Source: an uncultured archaeon (lineage in GTDB: Archaea; Asgardarchaeota; Lokiarchaeia; Sigyniarchaeales; SOKP01). From it: a stretch of DNA of 64,000 bases. Positions within the stretch are counted from its first letter, which is position 1. Every line of letters starts with the position of its first letter. The notes beneath the pieces were generated by a model. That model had not been told where the DNA came from. It searched no databases and saw only the letters and a list, made by a program, of their open reading frames with translations. The position numbers were made by a program, and so were the translations under genes. Below are positions 19,985 to 29,449 of this stretch, piece by piece. The DNA lies in assembly GCA_964388035.1 (NCBI GenBank), contig CAYLZE010000004.1, positions 32,001 to 96,000 of the forward strand. Reading direction: 5' to 3'.

Positions 19985-21754
19985 TTGCTGAACATTGAAT
20001 TTATTGAAGAAAAGCTTAATATCGAAGAAGAATCAGAAGATCAACGGGTAATTCATTTACCAGAATTGACTGAAGAAGAGAAAAGAATAATAGATCCAAT
20101 TGTCGCTCCTACGAGCGGGTTACGTATTCAAATTTATGATATTGAACAAGGGAACGAGAACAAGAAGGATAGATACACGTTAACGAATCGCAAATTATTT
20201 CTTTTTTTACGGGTCTTTAAAGCTATTAGCGAGAAATTTAAAGATTTAAATGGAGAGAATCTAAAAGTACTTATTGTAACTGACAATAGGTCCAGTAAAA
20301 ACACGCTATTGAAATTAGCTTCCGAAATCTTTACTTGGGATGGGTATCAAGTGTTTTATCAACAAGATGAGGAAGGAGAATCTAGGGTGTCCTCCCCATA
20401 TGGAGCTGCCTCCGTGGCATTAATTAAGGATATCAAGCTTGTTATTGTGCTGACCGCGAGTCATAATGATCTCTCTTGGAATGGTATTAAATTCTACATT
20501 GAATATCCCATTCCCATATCAGGGGATTTATTCAAAGAAGTTTCGGAAAGGGCGCTGAATGTTAATAGGATTCCCCTAAAGCGTTGTAAGCCCCAATTAA
20601 TTGACGCCATTTCAAAAAATAATGAATACATTCAAAATTTATTGGCCAACATCATCGATATAAAGAGTATTCGAAACCAAAATATTGTTATTTGGCCTTA
20701 TTTGGGAAAAGCAAAAGGAATAGTGGATCTTTTCACGAGTTATGGAGCGAATGTGATTACCATTGATGAAGAGATTAATCCTCCCAATCCTATAAAGGTC
20801 GTTAAAGAATCTAAGTTGCAAGCCACCATGGAGCAGTCCAACTCTAAAGTTGCCCTCTTATTAGATGCTGATAGAGATAGAATCGCTTTATATGTAAAGC
20901 AAGAAAATGATTATTTTTATTTCATTCCAAATGAAATCTATTCGGCAATGCATAACATTCTTGCAAAGAATTTTAATACGAATATAATTAATGTGAGAAC
21001 GATTCCTAGCGATCCGAGAGGAGATAATGCCAGTATTATCAACGTATTTACGGGAGTCGGATACAAACATTTAGGCGTGATCTTATATTTCCTTTTTGAT
21101 ATTCCTGTCGATCAATCAAAAATAGATACTGCTATCTTATATTTTCAAGATACAGAAAAAAAATTGGTTAAAATTAAAGAAGCCGGTCCATTAAAAAGTC
21201 AAATTTTAGCTTTAATGAAAAAACAGGGATTATCCCAACAAAAATTCATGATTGTAATGTGGGAGGAATCTGGAGGGCATACTATCAATATTTTAAATGT
21301 AACCAAGAATTCACAAAACAACGAGTATTCTTTTACCACGGAATTACCGCTCATAGCTGATAAATATCCCGTACCTGCTTTAGTCTTAATTACGGAGCTA
21401 ATTTATAGAGGATATTCTATAAATCAATCTATTGATTGGAATGTAAAAGGGATTAATCAAACCATAGAAGCTAATGACGAGGAAAAAATAAAAATCATGC
21501 AAAAATTTGAAAAGAATGATAATTCCGATATTAATATAGGAGGTAAATCGTATCAGATTCACGCGTTATCAGATAACTTGGGGGATATTGATATCTATCA
21601 GTTAAAAAGCAAAAACTCGACTCTTTATTTTAGGCCCTCAGGCACGGGACCTGAAGTACGCTTCTACATCTTTGGAAAGAGAGAAACGCACTTGGATGAG
21701 ATTAATCGCGTTCAAGACTTTGTCAAACAAAATTATTTAGAGAATGAAAAATAA
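19985..21754 (+). CDS. Alpha-D-phosphohexomutase (PGM/PMM-like), divergent
   Basis: TSGLR, TASHN phosphoserine loop, DADRDR metal loop, WEESGG, FRPSGTGP. Confidence 0.88.
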   Translation: MLNIEFIEEKLNIEEESEDQRVIHLPELTEEEKRIIDPIVAPTSGLRIQIYDIEQGNENKKDRYTLTNRKLFLFLRVFKAISEKFKDLNGENLKVLIVTDNRSSKNTLLKLASEIFTWDGYQVFYQQDEEGESRVSSPYGAASVALIKDIKLVIVLTASHNDLSWNGIKFYIEYPIPISGDLFKEVSERALNVNRIPLKRCKPQLIDAISKNNEYIQNLLANIIDIKSIRNQNIVIWPYLGKAKGIVDLFTSYGANVITIDEEINPPNPIKVVKESKLQATMEQSNSKVALLLDADRDRIALYVKQENDYFYFIPNEIYSAMHNILAKNFNTNIINVRTIPSDPRGDNASIINVFTGVGYKHLGVILYFLFDIPVDQSKIDTAILYFQDTEKKLVKIKEAGPLKSQILALMKKQGLSQQKFMIVMWEESGGHTINILNVTKNSQNNEYSFTTELPLIADKYPVPALVLITELIYRGYSINQSIDWNVKGINQTIEANDEEKIKIMQKFEKNDNSDINIGGKSYQIHALSDNLGDIDIYQLKSKNSTLYFRPSGTGPEVRFYIFGKRETHLDEINRVQDFVKQNYLENEK

Positions 21755-21915
21755 AGAACAAATTTTCAATATTAGACCTTGTTCTATTATAATTTACCCC
21801 TTATAATTTGAATTTTAATTTCATGATATTACCTCTATAAATAAGAATATAAGAGATTAGAAAAACGATAATTTCAATGTATAAAAAAGCCTAAGGGGGG
21901 ACGCGTGCACTTCTA

Positions 21916-23118
21916 TTATTCTTCGTCAATTTCGTTTGATTTCGGGGGGAGTGATTTCGGTTTGGGTTTATTCTTAGCTTCGATTTCTTTAAGTTTTTCT
22001 TGAGTTTTCTCTTCAAATTCTTCGTCATTTATGGGTTCTGCTTCTACTAATCCCCTGGGTTGAGATTGAGTATCGCTCAGCGCTTCTTTTTGAGCGACTT
22101 TTTCCGCTAATAATGTCTTGGAACGCTCTAAATACTTTTTTCTTGCTTCTTCTTTTTCTTTTTCATCCTGTACCTTAACTTTAATCAAATCATTCCAAAC
22201 TTTTCTTTCTTCAACAGAACCAAAACTATCGACTCTCATGGTGTCATTTTCAAGTCTTATAATGCTTTTTTGAGCTAAATTTTCGATGACTTTATCCGCA
22301 TGTTCCTTTTTCCATTCTGTTTTCTTTAATAAATTCTCTCGAGTTAAATACGCCTCATCATATAATAAACTAATGATTACCTTATCGGAAACAGATAAAT
22401 CCCAATCTAAGGTTTCATTCAGCACAATTAGTTGAAAAGTAGGATCTATTTCTACAATATCATGAATAATGTTTGTTTCCTTCATGATTTTTAAAATGGA
22501 TAAAACGTCCTTATCTTTTATGTTTTTAATTTCTTGAAATGCATGATATTTAAGCTGTTGAATCGGGATGAAATCATAATTGATTAATTGATTATCCTGC
22601 AAGATCTTTTGAAAACGTCTCGTCATCTTATCTAAGAACATCCCCATGCCAAGATCGTGGCGCTTTGGAATGGATTTATAAAATTCCTCATCAAATGATT
22701 CTAAAATTGAAATCGCTGACTGTAAATCTTCTAAATCTTTTTTCCGTTGTTCTTCCGATACGGGTTCGGCCGTTTTTAATTTGGACATGAAGGTATTGTA
22801 GTCTATAGAACCTTGTCGGATCAAGTTTAATTCATGATCTCCTATATTAAATTTGGACTGCAATTCTTTGATTTTCTTTTGTACTTTATGTTCTACTTCT
22901 TCTTCTGTTTCGGCAATGATTTCCGTAATTTTTGTATATTTTTCAATGAAATACTGTTTTTTCTCAATAGTCACGTACTTATCAAGCAACTTATCTAATG
23001 ATTTTTGTTTTTCACTCCTGTCTGACCGAATTTTATCAAATAAGTCTTTAACCTTGCGAATAAAGGAAAAGAAAAATACGGGAATTAAGAAAAGTATCAT
23101 GAATTCTATAACTGACAT
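21916..23118 (-). CDS. ESCRT-II EAP30 (Vps22/Vps36)-like winged-helix protein
   Basis: DLSVSDKVIISLLYDEAYLTRENLLKKTEWKKEHADKVIENLAQKSIIRLE follows the Vps22/36 C-terminal WH pattern; coiled coils on both sides; hydrophobic N-terminus. Confidence 0.65.
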   Translation of the reverse strand: MSVIEFMILFLIPVFFFSFIRKVKDLFDKIRSDRSEKQKSLDKLLDKYVTIEKKQYFIEKYTKITEIIAETEEEVEHKVQKKIKELQSKFNIGDHELNLIRQGSIDYNTFMSKLKTAEPVSEEQRKKDLEDLQSAISILESFDEEFYKSIPKRHDLGMGMFLDKMTRRFQKILQDNQLINYDFIPIQQLKYHAFQEIKNIKDKDVLSILKIMKETNIIHDIVEIDPTFQLIVLNETLDWDLSVSDKVIISLLYDEAYLTRENLLKKTEWKKEHADKVIENLAQKSIIRLENDTMRVDSFGSVEERKVWNDLIKVKVQDEKEKEEARKKYLERSKTLLAEKVAQKEALSDTQSQPRGLVEAEPINDEEFEEKTQEKLKEIEAKNKPKPKSLPPKSNEIDEE

Positions 23119-23509
23119 ATCTTGCCTTCTTATTATTAGTTTTTTTATTGTATCAATTTCATTTTAAACATAGAAAATAAAATAACCTTATAATATAAAT
23201 AGCAACTCACGTTTTAAAACTTCTATGCATTCATGTAAAGATTTAGTGAGTTTGTAAAGAAGTTAATAATTCTTGGTTTTAAATCTTTTGGCATGGAATT
23301 TAAAATTATAAGGAAATTATTCATATCTAAGATAAAAAATAAGAGGAAATCAGAAGGTGGATAAGCATGAAACACCCCTTAATTAATGAGTTTAAACCGT
23401 TTTACGTTAGATCCTCCAAAAAATTCAAACTTTAAGTGTAATTCGAAATTATCAAAATTAATAATTACATGATCAAAATTAAAACCGTAGTAAAAGAGGA
23501 AAATGAAAA

Positions 23510-24797
23510 ATGCAAGAAAAAATAATTGATGATAATATTCACGAGAGAATGTCCTTAGAAAACGTGTTCAAGATATTCAATGATAATATCTTTCCAATGC
23601 TTAATGAAGAAGAGCGCGGGTATTGCAATGAACTTCAACAATTTTGCTTGGAACTGCAGCCACGGATTGATAAATCAAAAGACGTGTATGAATTATTTCC
23701 GGATTTAGGAAAAAATGGTTATATGCAGAGAATCAATTTATGGCAAGATTTCACTCCTTATGGCATGAAGAAAGAAATCCTCCTAGGAACGCACTTGTCT
23801 CTTTTAGATCCTCAGTTGGAATTAGCACGCTTGGCGAGTGGTATTCTTTGTGGCAATCCTACATTCCATTATTATCGACACGGTGGTACCGGAGATACGA
23901 TTCAGAAAGTTCAAGATGAGTTAATGTCTGGTGCAAAAATAGGGTGCATAGGAATAACTGAACCGAAAAGAGGGTCTGACGCTGTAAATATGACAACTAC
24001 ATGTATAAAGTCAGATGATGGAATAATTTATAACGGAGAGAAGGTCTATACAACTAATGGGCCTAAAGCGGATTATTTCTGTACTTATGCCGTATACGAT
24101 ACTGAACATCCTCGAGAAACCATGGTTCAAGCCATGATTAAGCGAGAATTCGGAGTGAGAACAGAAAGACTTAAAATAAATTCCGTTCCCCGAGTGCATA
24201 TTGCTCATACAATTATAAAAGATGTTAGGATTCCTCAAGAATATATTCTAGCTGATAATGGTGATGGCTATGTTCGTTTATTTGAAGGGTTGGTTCCTGA
24301 ACGGTTAGGTATAAGTGCTTAGTGGTCTCCACTCACTACCAAATATGGGTTCAGGAATTGGAATTGCATGGGCAGGATTGATTTATGGTATTATTTATAC
24401 GAATTTAAGGAGACAATTTGGCCAAGAAGTAATAAAATATGAAGGCGTGGGATTTGGACTGGCAGAATTGCTCTCAAAATGTACCGCAGCAACTTCCCTA
24501 GCACTGCAAGCCGCTACGATTTACGATGAGAAAGTATTATTCTCAGAGCGTCCTAATAAAGAAGCAGAAAAATGGGTTGCGGCAGTATCATCCCAAGGTA
24601 AGTATTATGTTTCAAAACTTACTCACGATGTATGCTATGAAGTTCAGCAGCACATGGGTGGAGTATCCGTCACGGATAATACTCCCGTAGATGAACTCAT
24701 GGATACGAGCAAGATCGAAGAAGTAATTGGCGGAGCTCGTAACATCCAATTGTTTATAATACAAAACCTCTTGCGTAGGTATAAGAATATTTTATAA
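23510..24797 (+). CDS. Acyl-CoA dehydrogenase interrupted by a 31-nt insert (418 aa if spliced)
   Basis: 5' part has ITEPKRGSD and NGEKVYTTNG; 3' part has RRQFG, QQHMGG and VIGGARNIQ; removing 24313-24343 fuses them as ERLGIMGSGIGIA. Confidence 0.9.
24313..24343 (+). other. Candidate bulge-helix-bulge mRNA intron (31 nt)
   Basis: Bulges ATA (24311-13) and AAT (24342-44) flank central helix aGGT/ACCa; intron hairpin AGTG..AGTGG/CCACT-CACT; 9-bp exon-exon stem TTCCTGAAC/GTTCAGGAA in register. Confidence 0.7.
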
Positions 24798-25131
24798 TCT
24801 TTTTTATTTTTTTCTTTTTCAACCATTTCTCTTTACTCATCTGCATCTCCTCTTTATAGCTTTCTTTAAAATAAAGGAGATTTACGTTCTCATTAGCTTC
24901 TAAAATACTTATCTTTCAGAGTAATTCTTTTTCGGCATAAAAAACATTTAAAGATTTGGTTCTAAATGAAAACCCCCCCCTTTTAGACAAAAAAACCTCT
25001 CTCTCTCTCCTAAATAAAATGAATAGAAATTGGACTCTGATTCTTTTTTAATAATGGTTTGATTTTTTATAATTAGAATTATGATTTTAATTCATAATAA
25101 TAAAATAAATAAAAAAAAATAACAAATAATC

Positions 25132-25896
25132 ATGATAGGTGAGAAATTAGTGTCTAATGAAATAGTAAATAAAAATTGGCATGATTTTGGTTCAAAAATG
25201 CATGTTATCGCCATTTTAACGATTCTTACTTTTGTGCTTCCCTTCGCTGGCATCATTCAGTTAATCTTCATTTTTCTCGCATTGGCAGACATAAGAAAGA
25301 TAATGTATCAATCACCTGATGCGGATCTTAGTGAATTTCGTACCAAATATATTGCTGGGTTCTTAGTGAAGCTCATCGGATTTATTCTAATTTATAGTGC
25401 TATCGTTTCCATGATACCTTTTGCCTACTTTCACTTTTACTTTCCCATTATTGGGTTTGCTATGGCAATAGTTTTTGGAGGTGTTATTTTATTAGTCAGC
25501 GCGATTATAGAATATAAAGCATGGAGCTGCCTTGAAACTTTCTTTGAGAACTATCAAAGCAATTTTCCTGATGCAATTGCAAGAGATACTTTAAAAGGCA
25601 TTAAAAACATCAAAACTGCAGTGATTTTCAGAATTACGATTGTTCTTAGCTTTGTTTCCGTGATTTTGGAGATTATAGGCTATTTCCGAATCGGTTCTCT
25701 AAAGAATTTACCCATTCAACGAGCACAAGTAGTTCCACAACAACCCATTCAAAGACCTCCTGCTCAACCACAATATGAACCAGCGCCAGTTGCACCCATA
25801 AAGCAAAAAACACCCTCAGAATTTTGTCCTCACTGCGGAGCAAAGTCTTCTTCCTCGGGTGTCTATTGTAGCGAATGTGGAGCTAGTTTAAGCTAA
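25132..25896 (+). CDS. Membrane protein with Pro/Gln-rich linker and C-terminal zinc ribbon
   Basis: About 4 TM segments, PQQPIQRPPAQPQYEPAP linker, CPHCG..CSECG. Confidence 0.8.
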   Translation: MIGEKLVSNEIVNKNWHDFGSKMHVIAILTILTFVLPFAGIIQLIFIFLALADIRKIMYQSPDADLSEFRTKYIAGFLVKLIGFILIYSAIVSMIPFAYFHFYFPIIGFAMAIVFGGVILLVSAIIEYKAWSCLETFFENYQSNFPDAIARDTLKGIKNIKTAVIFRITIVLSFVSVILEIIGYFRIGSLKNLPIQRAQVVPQQPIQRPPAQPQYEPAPVAPIKQKTPSEFCPHCGAKSSSSGVYCSECGASLS

Positions 25897-25973
25897 ATAT
25901 AATTTTTTTCCTTTATTCTTTATTTTTTTAAACCTTTTTTTATCTATATTTTTGTAAATCTTATCTAAAGATT

Positions 25974-26711
25974 CTATTCCATGTCATCAATTTTTTTTTG
26001 CGGATCAGAAGAATCTCCAAAAAGGATTTTCTTATTCTTCACGACATATTTCCAGCCAAAGCCAGCAATCTTTTCTAAAGGTCCGTTTATTCCTTTTGGT
26101 TTTCCGGTTTTAGTATAGACAATGTTTGTATTCTTAATGGCTTTAATCACGTTATAAGGGGTTTTAAAAATCTCAATGAGTGATTTTGCTTTAGAGGGTC
26201 CCGTATCTATTAATCCCTCGAGGATGAAAGCTCGCCGTTCTTCATCATTCATTCCTTTAGGGGCTTTTCGAGATAAAATGGGCACGCCGTCTTTAACTTG
26301 TTCTCGATAAGCAATTCTTTCAATCACTATGGCAGTATCTTCCATGTTTCTTGTAGGAATGATAGATATGCCCAATTTATAAGAAATGAAAGCCAGAGAA
26401 CCGTATATTGAGCTAATATTCATGCCCGTTGTTTCAAAAACCTCATCGTTTAATCCTTCTAAAATAAGAATCTGTGTTGGATATGTCTCTTTCAAACGTA
26501 GAAGTTGCTCAAAGAGGCGATTATCCATTAGAGAGGTGACATAATCAAAACCTTCTTTCCTCTCACATGCTACATCCTTGCTAATGACTATATCCGCAAT
26601 ATCTAATTGTTGCGATTCAAAAGAAATGGTTTCCTTCTTTTTACTCATAATTTCCATTAACTTTCGTTCTCGAGAATCAATTATTATATGAGGAATTTTT
26701 CGTTCGTTCAT
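25974..26711 (-). CDS. Short XPF/ERCC4 structure-specific endonuclease (nuclease + HhH, no helicase)
   Basis: IIIDSRE, ADIVIS..ACERK..D, RLFEQ, LEGLIDTGPSKAKSL. Confidence 0.9.
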   Translation of the reverse strand: MNERKIPHIIIDSRERKLMEIMSKKKETISFESQQLDIADIVISKDVACERKEGFDYVTSLMDNRLFEQLLRLKETYPTQILILEGLNDEVFETTGMNISSIYGSLAFISYKLGISIIPTRNMEDTAIVIERIAYREQVKDGVPILSRKAPKGMNDEERRAFILEGLIDTGPSKAKSLIEIFKTPYNVIKAIKNTNIVYTKTGKPKGINGPLEKIAGFGWKYVVKNKKILFGDSSDPQKKIDDME

Positions 26712-26872
26712 TTTTATTAAGAAACCAATATTGTTATTAATGAAGTAAATATGTCCTATACTTATTTAAATGAAAAAGAAATTTTTTATAAATCATTTAG
26801 ATCCTTTTTCTCTATTTACTTATTTGTTATTATAAATTTATGCTTAATATCCTCATTTTTCGTTCTAAAATA

Positions 26873-27418
26873 TCAAGTTTCTAGAAATACTTCTTTGTTT
26901 GATTTTGCAATATTTTTTGTATCGTTTGGAATGGGTCCATTTTTGAGATAATTCCAGATTTTAGGGATGCTATATAATTTATTGTAGACTAAAATAAAAA
27001 GTAGCATAATGATTCCGATGATTTCTGTAATTACTAATAAAGGATTGGTATAAGATTGGAGCCAGCTTTCATAGGGATAATCGACAAAGGAAATATCATA
27101 ATTAATAAATGGATAAAATAAGGGAATTGCGGGAAGATCTAATATTAAATGAAATGTTATTCCTAATAAATAAGAAAGGGAAAGGGATGGTTTATTTCTA
27201 GTGAAAAGGAATAAAATTATAAAAGAACCTAAAGCAAATAGGAGCGTATGAGCAAACCCTCTTCCATTTTCCAATTGCAACATCATTAATGGTTTATCAA
27301 TTAAATCAGGAAGTAGAGATCCAATGACTAAAATCAATCTATTTACATTGAATTTATTTTTTAAATAGGGAATTTCAAAAAGAATCAAAGGCAATGCTAC
27401 GTGAAATATGAGAAGCAT
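26873..27418 (-). CDS. Membrane metal-dependent hydrolase (YdjM-like)
   Basis: H, GSLLPDLIDK, RGFAHTL, HLILD. Confidence 0.85.
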   Translation of the reverse strand: MLLIFHVALPLILFEIPYLKNKFNVNRLILVIGSLLPDLIDKPLMMLQLENGRGFAHTLLFALGSFIILFLFTRNKPSLSLSYLLGITFHLILDLPAIPLFYPFINYDISFVDYPYESWLQSYTNPLLVITEIIGIIMLLFILVYNKLYSIPKIWNYLKNGPIPNDTKNIAKSNKEVFLET

Positions 27419-27511
27419 GATTTTTTTTTTTAACTTGAATGAATGGTTTGATCAATACATTATCCTTTCTAAAGTTAATCCTTTATAGTTTCCTTTATCA
27501 TCCAACTCGTG

Positions 27512-28072
27512 TCATTTTCTCACATCTACATGTTCCATTCTTTTCGTAACTGTTTGATCCTCATCCATGCGCATTTTTGGAATTAAATATTCCTTTAATC
27601 TGTCATAATGATATAATTTATTTTTTAAAATGAGGAATAATAGCACGATTCCAGAAATTAATTCTGTAGTTATAATGAATAAATTATTGAAATATTTGGA
27701 AACGTAATATTCCACGGGTTGATCTATTACCGTGTAATTGTAAGAAATGAAAGGAGAAAAGATGGGAATAGAAGGCATGTCTAGACCTAAATGAATCATC
27801 GCCCCGATTAAGAAGGGAATCGAAATTTGTTTTTTACCCTTTGCTATTAAATGAACCCCCAAGAATGATAGGAATACAAACAAAAAATTATGGCAATACA
27901 TGATTCCGGTGACTTTAGTAATTAAGTGAATGGATTTATCTATTATATCAGGATACAAGCTTCCTATGATTAATGCGAGCCGATTGACGTTGAACCGTTC
28001 CTTTATTCTTGGTATTTCGAATAACAATAAAGGAACAGCTAAATGGCATAATGGATATATTTCTATCACCAA
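27512..28072 (-). CDS. Membrane metal-dependent hydrolase (YdjM-like), tandem paralog
   Basis: H, GSLYPDIIDK, YCHN, HLGLD; colinear with 26873-27418. Confidence 0.85.
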   Translation of the reverse strand: MVIEIYPLCHLAVPLLLFEIPRIKERFNVNRLALIIGSLYPDIIDKSIHLITKVTGIMYCHNFLFVFLSFLGVHLIAKGKKQISIPFLIGAMIHLGLDMPSIPIFSPFISYNYTVIDQPVEYYVSKYFNNLFIITTELISGIVLLFLILKNKLYHYDRLKEYLIPKMRMDEDQTVTKRMEHVDVRK

Positions 28073-28086
28073 GAATGTTTAAATTA

Positions 28087-29412
28087 TTAAACTTGAAATA
28101 TCGCTAAGATAAATCGGAAGTAAAAAATGAAAATTAATAACAGAATTATTATCAATGTGAACTTTAAAGATACTTTCATTAAATACGTATAACTTAATTT
28201 TTTCTCTTGATATAGACCTAAAGAATCATATAATCGAATCATGTCTGTAGTACCCCAACCCTGAGAGTTTTTATCATATCCTAAATCTTGGCACGCATTC
28301 TTGAGACATTCTAAGACCCCTTCAGAGGATAAATTTTCATTATACTCCAACAAAGTTGCAATGATTCCCGTGGCGATAGCTGCTGCAGCACAGGTGCCTG
28401 AAAAGGTGATAAATTTATTTTTCGATAATGGGATACTTATTTTTGATCCTAAAAAGCAAATATCTGGTTTATTTCTTCCATCTAACGTGGGTCCTCGACT
28501 ACTATAATACGCCACTTTTTTAGATTTCGTGAGAGCCCCAATTGCGATTACCTTTTTAGCCGCGGCAGGACTCCCGATCGTTTGAAATTCGGGACCTGAA
28601 TTACCTGCGGGACAAATTATCTGAATGCGATATTCTTCTACAAGTTTATCGCATGCTAAACATAAAATATCCGCTCCATCTGAGGCTTGAAAAGTGGAAA
28701 ATGATATTAAAAGGATATTAACTCTTTTTTGTTCGCTCACTAAAATATCGAATAATTTTAGAAGATCTGAAATTAAATATCGTCCATTTTGATTGCGTGG
28801 GGGTAAGTCCACGATTTTAGCTTTTGGAGCCACCCCCATCAAATAACCTTTCATTGAATGGTGCGTAGTGATTATGCCCGTCATGAGAGAACCATGTGTA
28901 ATATTTTCAACATGATCTTTCTCAAGGTGCTTCTTTCGGAAAGGATTTAATTCTTCATTTTTATACTCTAAAGACCGGGATATGAATTTTAAATTCACGT
29001 TTATTCCCTCATCGATAATACCAATCAGTATTTTATAGCCCGTGTATACCATTGAGGAACTTCTATACTCTGCGAGTTTTAACTGATCGAAAGAATCATC
29101 CATAGCAAGATAAAGGTCCAGATCTTCTTCTATACTTTTGATTAATTTTACTTTTTCGAATTGCTTGATCTGTAGTTCCGTTAAGTTTATTCTAATCGAA
29201 GGAATGATCTGGAATTTTTCTAAAATAGTTAGGTCTCTATTTTTTTTAATAAATTCTTCTCGATCTTCTTCTTTCTCAAAACTAATTAACACTTGATAGA
29301 TTTTCTGGTTATACCCATAAAGAATATCTTTTGGGACATTATCGCGATTTACTTTTAAATGGTGTTCAAGTTTCTTTAAAAGTAAGGGATGGATTTTACC
29401 GTGATACATCAT
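28087..29412 (-). CDS. S8 subtilase-family protein with C-terminal TM anchor; nucleophile position is Cys
   Basis: Propeptide-like N-terminus, IGIIDEG, HGS, GVAPKA, AGNSG, SSRGPTLDGRNKPD, SGTCAAA, hydrophobic C-tail. Confidence 0.9.
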   Translation of the reverse strand: MMYHGKIHPLLLKKLEHHLKVNRDNVPKDILYGYNQKIYQVLISFEKEEDREEFIKKNRDLTILEKFQIIPSIRINLTELQIKQFEKVKLIKSIEEDLDLYLAMDDSFDQLKLAEYRSSSMVYTGYKILIGIIDEGINVNLKFISRSLEYKNEELNPFRKKHLEKDHVENITHGSLMTGIITTHHSMKGYLMGVAPKAKIVDLPPRNQNGRYLISDLLKLFDILVSEQKRVNILLISFSTFQASDGADILCLACDKLVEEYRIQIICPAGNSGPEFQTIGSPAAAKKVIAIGALTKSKKVAYYSSRGPTLDGRNKPDICFLGSKISIPLSKNKFITFSGTCAAAAIATGIIATLLEYNENLSSEGVLECLKNACQDLGYDKNSQGWGTTDMIRLYDSLGLYQEKKLSYTYLMKVSLKFTLIIILLLIFIFYFRFILAIFQV

Positions 29413-29449
29413 TTTTTTTATTTTTGTTATGAAATCCTTATCTTTTCAA

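Noticed and set aside
24315-24797. Independent 160-aa ORF (GTG start) as a separate gene, or a simple frameshift/readthrough explanation for the split ACAD
   Set aside because: Its first 10 codons are the insert itself. Readthrough of the TAG would stay in the wrong frame, and a 1-nt indel would leave about 10 extra residues inside a conserved helix.
24972-25010. C8 run and (CT)n tract
   Set aside because: Short simple repeats in intergenic DNA with no evidence of function.
26751-26951. 66-aa plus-strand ORF; likewise 36144-36383 and 54199-54432
   Set aside because: Low-complexity translations of AT-rich intergenic DNA overlapping real gene ends.
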